A DNA stretch of 32,953 nucleotides, from positions 1-32,953 of the forward strand of contig JAOAIN010000061.1 of assembly GCA_026414685.1 (NCBI GenBank). The letters run 5' to 3'. Origin of the DNA: Candidatus Goldiibacteriota bacterium. GTDB taxonomy: Bacteria > Oederibacteriota > PGYV01 > DSYL01. Each line of letters begins with the position of its first letter. The stretch's first letter is position 1. Positions 30,943-32,953 of this stretch are shown here, one piece after another. The position numbers and the translations under genes were made by a program. The notes under the pieces are model-generated. The model did not search any database. It was not told the DNA's origin and saw only the letters and a list, made by a program, of their open reading frames with translations.

Positions 30943-32811
30943 ATGATTTATAAAATACTTACTAAAATAAACACACCCAATGATATAAAAAAATTATCAT
31001 TTGAGCAGCTTGAAGTACTTGTTACTGAAATTAGAGATTATATATTAAATGTGGTTTCAAAAACAGGTGGTCATCTTGCTTCATCGCTTGGAGCTGTTGA
31101 AATAACTCTTGCTCTTTATAAAGTATTTGATCCACCTTTTGATAAGATAATCTGGGATATAGGTCACCAAGCATATTGTCATAAAATAGTAACTGGTAGA
31201 ATGAAAAGATTTAAAACTTTAAGACAGAAAAATGGCATATCTGGTTTTTTAAAGCCTACTGAAAGTAAGTATGATATTTTTGGAGCAGGTCATTCTTCCA
31301 CATCCATATCCGCTGCGCTTGGTTTTGCCAAAGCACGGGATTTAAATAAAGAAAGATATGAAGTTGTTGCTGTAATTGGGGATGCATCTTTGGCAAATGG
31401 TATGGCTCTTGAAGCTATAAATCATCTAGGTCATGATAAAACCAAAATGTTAATAGTTGTTATTGATAATGAAATGTCAATTTCTCCAACTGTAGGAGCT
31501 CTTGCAGAATATTTTAATAGATTAATGAGTGGCGGCTTCATTAATAAATTGAGAAATACTATAAAAACTACATTACAAAAAATACCAGCTATAGGATATC
31601 CAACGACAAAAATTTTAATGAGTTTAGAAGAAGGTATTAAAGCTATATTTTCACCGGGAATTATTTTTGATGAACTTGGTATTCGTTATTTTGGACCTAT
31701 AAATGGACATAATATAAAATTACTTGTTGAAACATTAAAAAATATTAAAAACATAAATGGCCCTAAATTACTTCATATAGTGACAAAAAAGGGTAAAGGT
31801 TATAAGCCTGCAGAAGAAAATCCAACTATGTTCCATGGTATAGGTGCATTTGATCCTGCAACAGGCATTCCTGTATGCAAATCAAATATTCCTACATATT
31901 CAAAAGTTTTCTCCGATACATTAATAAAACAGGCGGTAAAGAATAAAAAAATTGTAGCAGTTGTTGCTGCCATGATAGAAGGCACAAATCTATCCGCTTT
32001 TAAAGAAAAATATCCTGATAGATTTTTTGATGTTGGTATTGCAGAAGAACATGCGGTTACTTTTGCAGCAGGACTTGCAAAAGCAGGTTTAAAACCTTTT
32101 GTCTGTGTTTATTCAACTTTTTTACAGCGTGGATTTGATCAGATAATACATGATGTAGGTATTCAAAAATTACCTGTTGTATTTATTATGGATAGGGCGG
32201 GGTTAGTTGGAGAAGATGGTGCAACTCACCATGGTGTTTTTGATATAGCATTTATGAAGATGATACCTAATATGGTTATAATGGCTCCTTCTGATGCTAA
32301 TGAATTGCAGAAGATGATTTCTTTTGCAGCGGATTACAAAGATGGACCAGTTTCTATACGTTTTCCAAGAGGAGAGAGTTACTATTATAATTCTAATTTA
32401 CAAATTAAACTCGGTAAAGCGCGTATTATTAAAAAAGGAAATTCATTGACAATATTAAATTTTGGTGCACTTTTGCCGAAAATAATGAAAGCCATTGAAA
32501 AAGTTGGGGATAAAAATAAAATAGAGATAATTGATGTTAGATTTTTAAAACCAATTGATGAAAAAACAATAATAAAATCTATAAAAAAGACAAAAAAAGT
32601 AATAACAATAGAAGAAGGAGTTATTCATGGTGGCTTTGGTGAGACAGTTTTGCGGATAATTTCAGAATATAATTTAAAAAATATAAAAGTAAAGCAACTG
32701 GGTATTCCAGATAAATTCATTGAACATGGAACAATTGAAGAATGTCGCGAAGAAGCTGGTCTAACTGAAAATAACTTTATTAAACATATAAAAGAATTTT
32801 TGAAATTATAA
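30943..32811 (+). CDS. dxs: 1-deoxy-D-xylulose-5-phosphate synthase
   Basis: GGHLASSLG, WDIGHQAY, GAGHSSTSIS, DNEMSIS, IAEEHA, YSTFLQR and DRAGLVGEDGATH motifs. Confidence 0.98.
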   Translation: MIYKILTKINTPNDIKKLSFEQLEVLVTEIRDYILNVVSKTGGHLASSLGAVEITLALYKVFDPPFDKIIWDIGHQAYCHKIVTGRMKRFKTLRQKNGISGFLKPTESKYDIFGAGHSSTSISAALGFAKARDLNKERYEVVAVIGDASLANGMALEAINHLGHDKTKMLIVVIDNEMSISPTVGALAEYFNRLMSGGFINKLRNTIKTTLQKIPAIGYPTTKILMSLEEGIKAIFSPGIIFDELGIRYFGPINGHNIKLLVETLKNIKNINGPKLLHIVTKKGKGYKPAEENPTMFHGIGAFDPATGIPVCKSNIPTYSKVFSDTLIKQAVKNKKIVAVVAAMIEGTNLSAFKEKYPDRFFDVGIAEEHAVTFAAGLAKAGLKPFVCVYSTFLQRGFDQIIHDVGIQKLPVVFIMDRAGLVGEDGATHHGVFDIAFMKMIPNMVIMAPSDANELQKMISFAADYKDGPVSIRFPRGESYYYNSNLQIKLGKARIIKKGNSLTILNFGALLPKIMKAIEKVGDKNKIEIIDVRFLKPIDEKTIIKSIKKTKKVITIEEGVIHGGFGETVLRIISEYNLKNIKVKQLGIPDKFIEHGTIEECREEAGLTENNFIKHIKEFLKL

Positions 32812-32819
32812 GATAAAAA

Positions 32820-32953
32820 ATGATTACAACATTAAAAATAAAAAATTATGCTTTAATACGAGATATAGAGATAAATTTTTCAAAAGGTTTAAATATTTTA
32901 ACTGGTGAAACTGGAGCAGGTAAATCAATAATAATTGGTGCATTAAATATTGC
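32820..32953 (+). CDS. recN: DNA repair protein RecN, 3'-truncated by the window edge
   Basis: Manual translation MITTLKIKNYALIRDIEINFSKGLNILTGETGAGKSIIIGALNI (Walker A); not in the supplied ORF track. Confidence 0.92.
   Translation, partial: MITTLKIKNYALIRDIEINFSKGLNILTGETGAGKSIIIGALNI

Overview
A very AT-rich, gene-dense bacterial chromosomal segment from a diderm organism, with about 32 CDS, nearly all on the + strand. Thr-rich CTD proteins and a PorV-like fusion are reminiscent of Ca. Goldbacteria/Elusimicrobia-like lineages, but that assignment is inference only. Housekeeping content: tandem-domain thyX, uvrA, sppA, tgt-yajC, xseA-xseB-ispA-DUF212-dxs-recN(partial). Accessory and envelope content: two proteins ending in a T9SS-CTD/FlgD-like Ig domain, a PorV-like barrel/Ig/OmpA fusion next to a 7-TM TolB-like propeller protein, a pilGHI/xap-like ABC trio, a YbjQ-YbjQ-M48 operon, a TPR plus triple TM2/P13-like protein, a PilZ protein, and IclR plus GH5. 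Main anomalies: one in-frame TGA at an invariant Arg in an otherwise full-length uvrA; a GalT-like protein with HPH changed to HPY; a ~44-bp imperfect inverted repeat with 13-bp periodicity before iclR; and a divergent promoter pair with an 8-bp tandem array next to a small Cas2/VapD-like ORF. No rRNA, tRNA, CRISPR array or mobile element was recognised. All family assignments are by eye, with no database searches.
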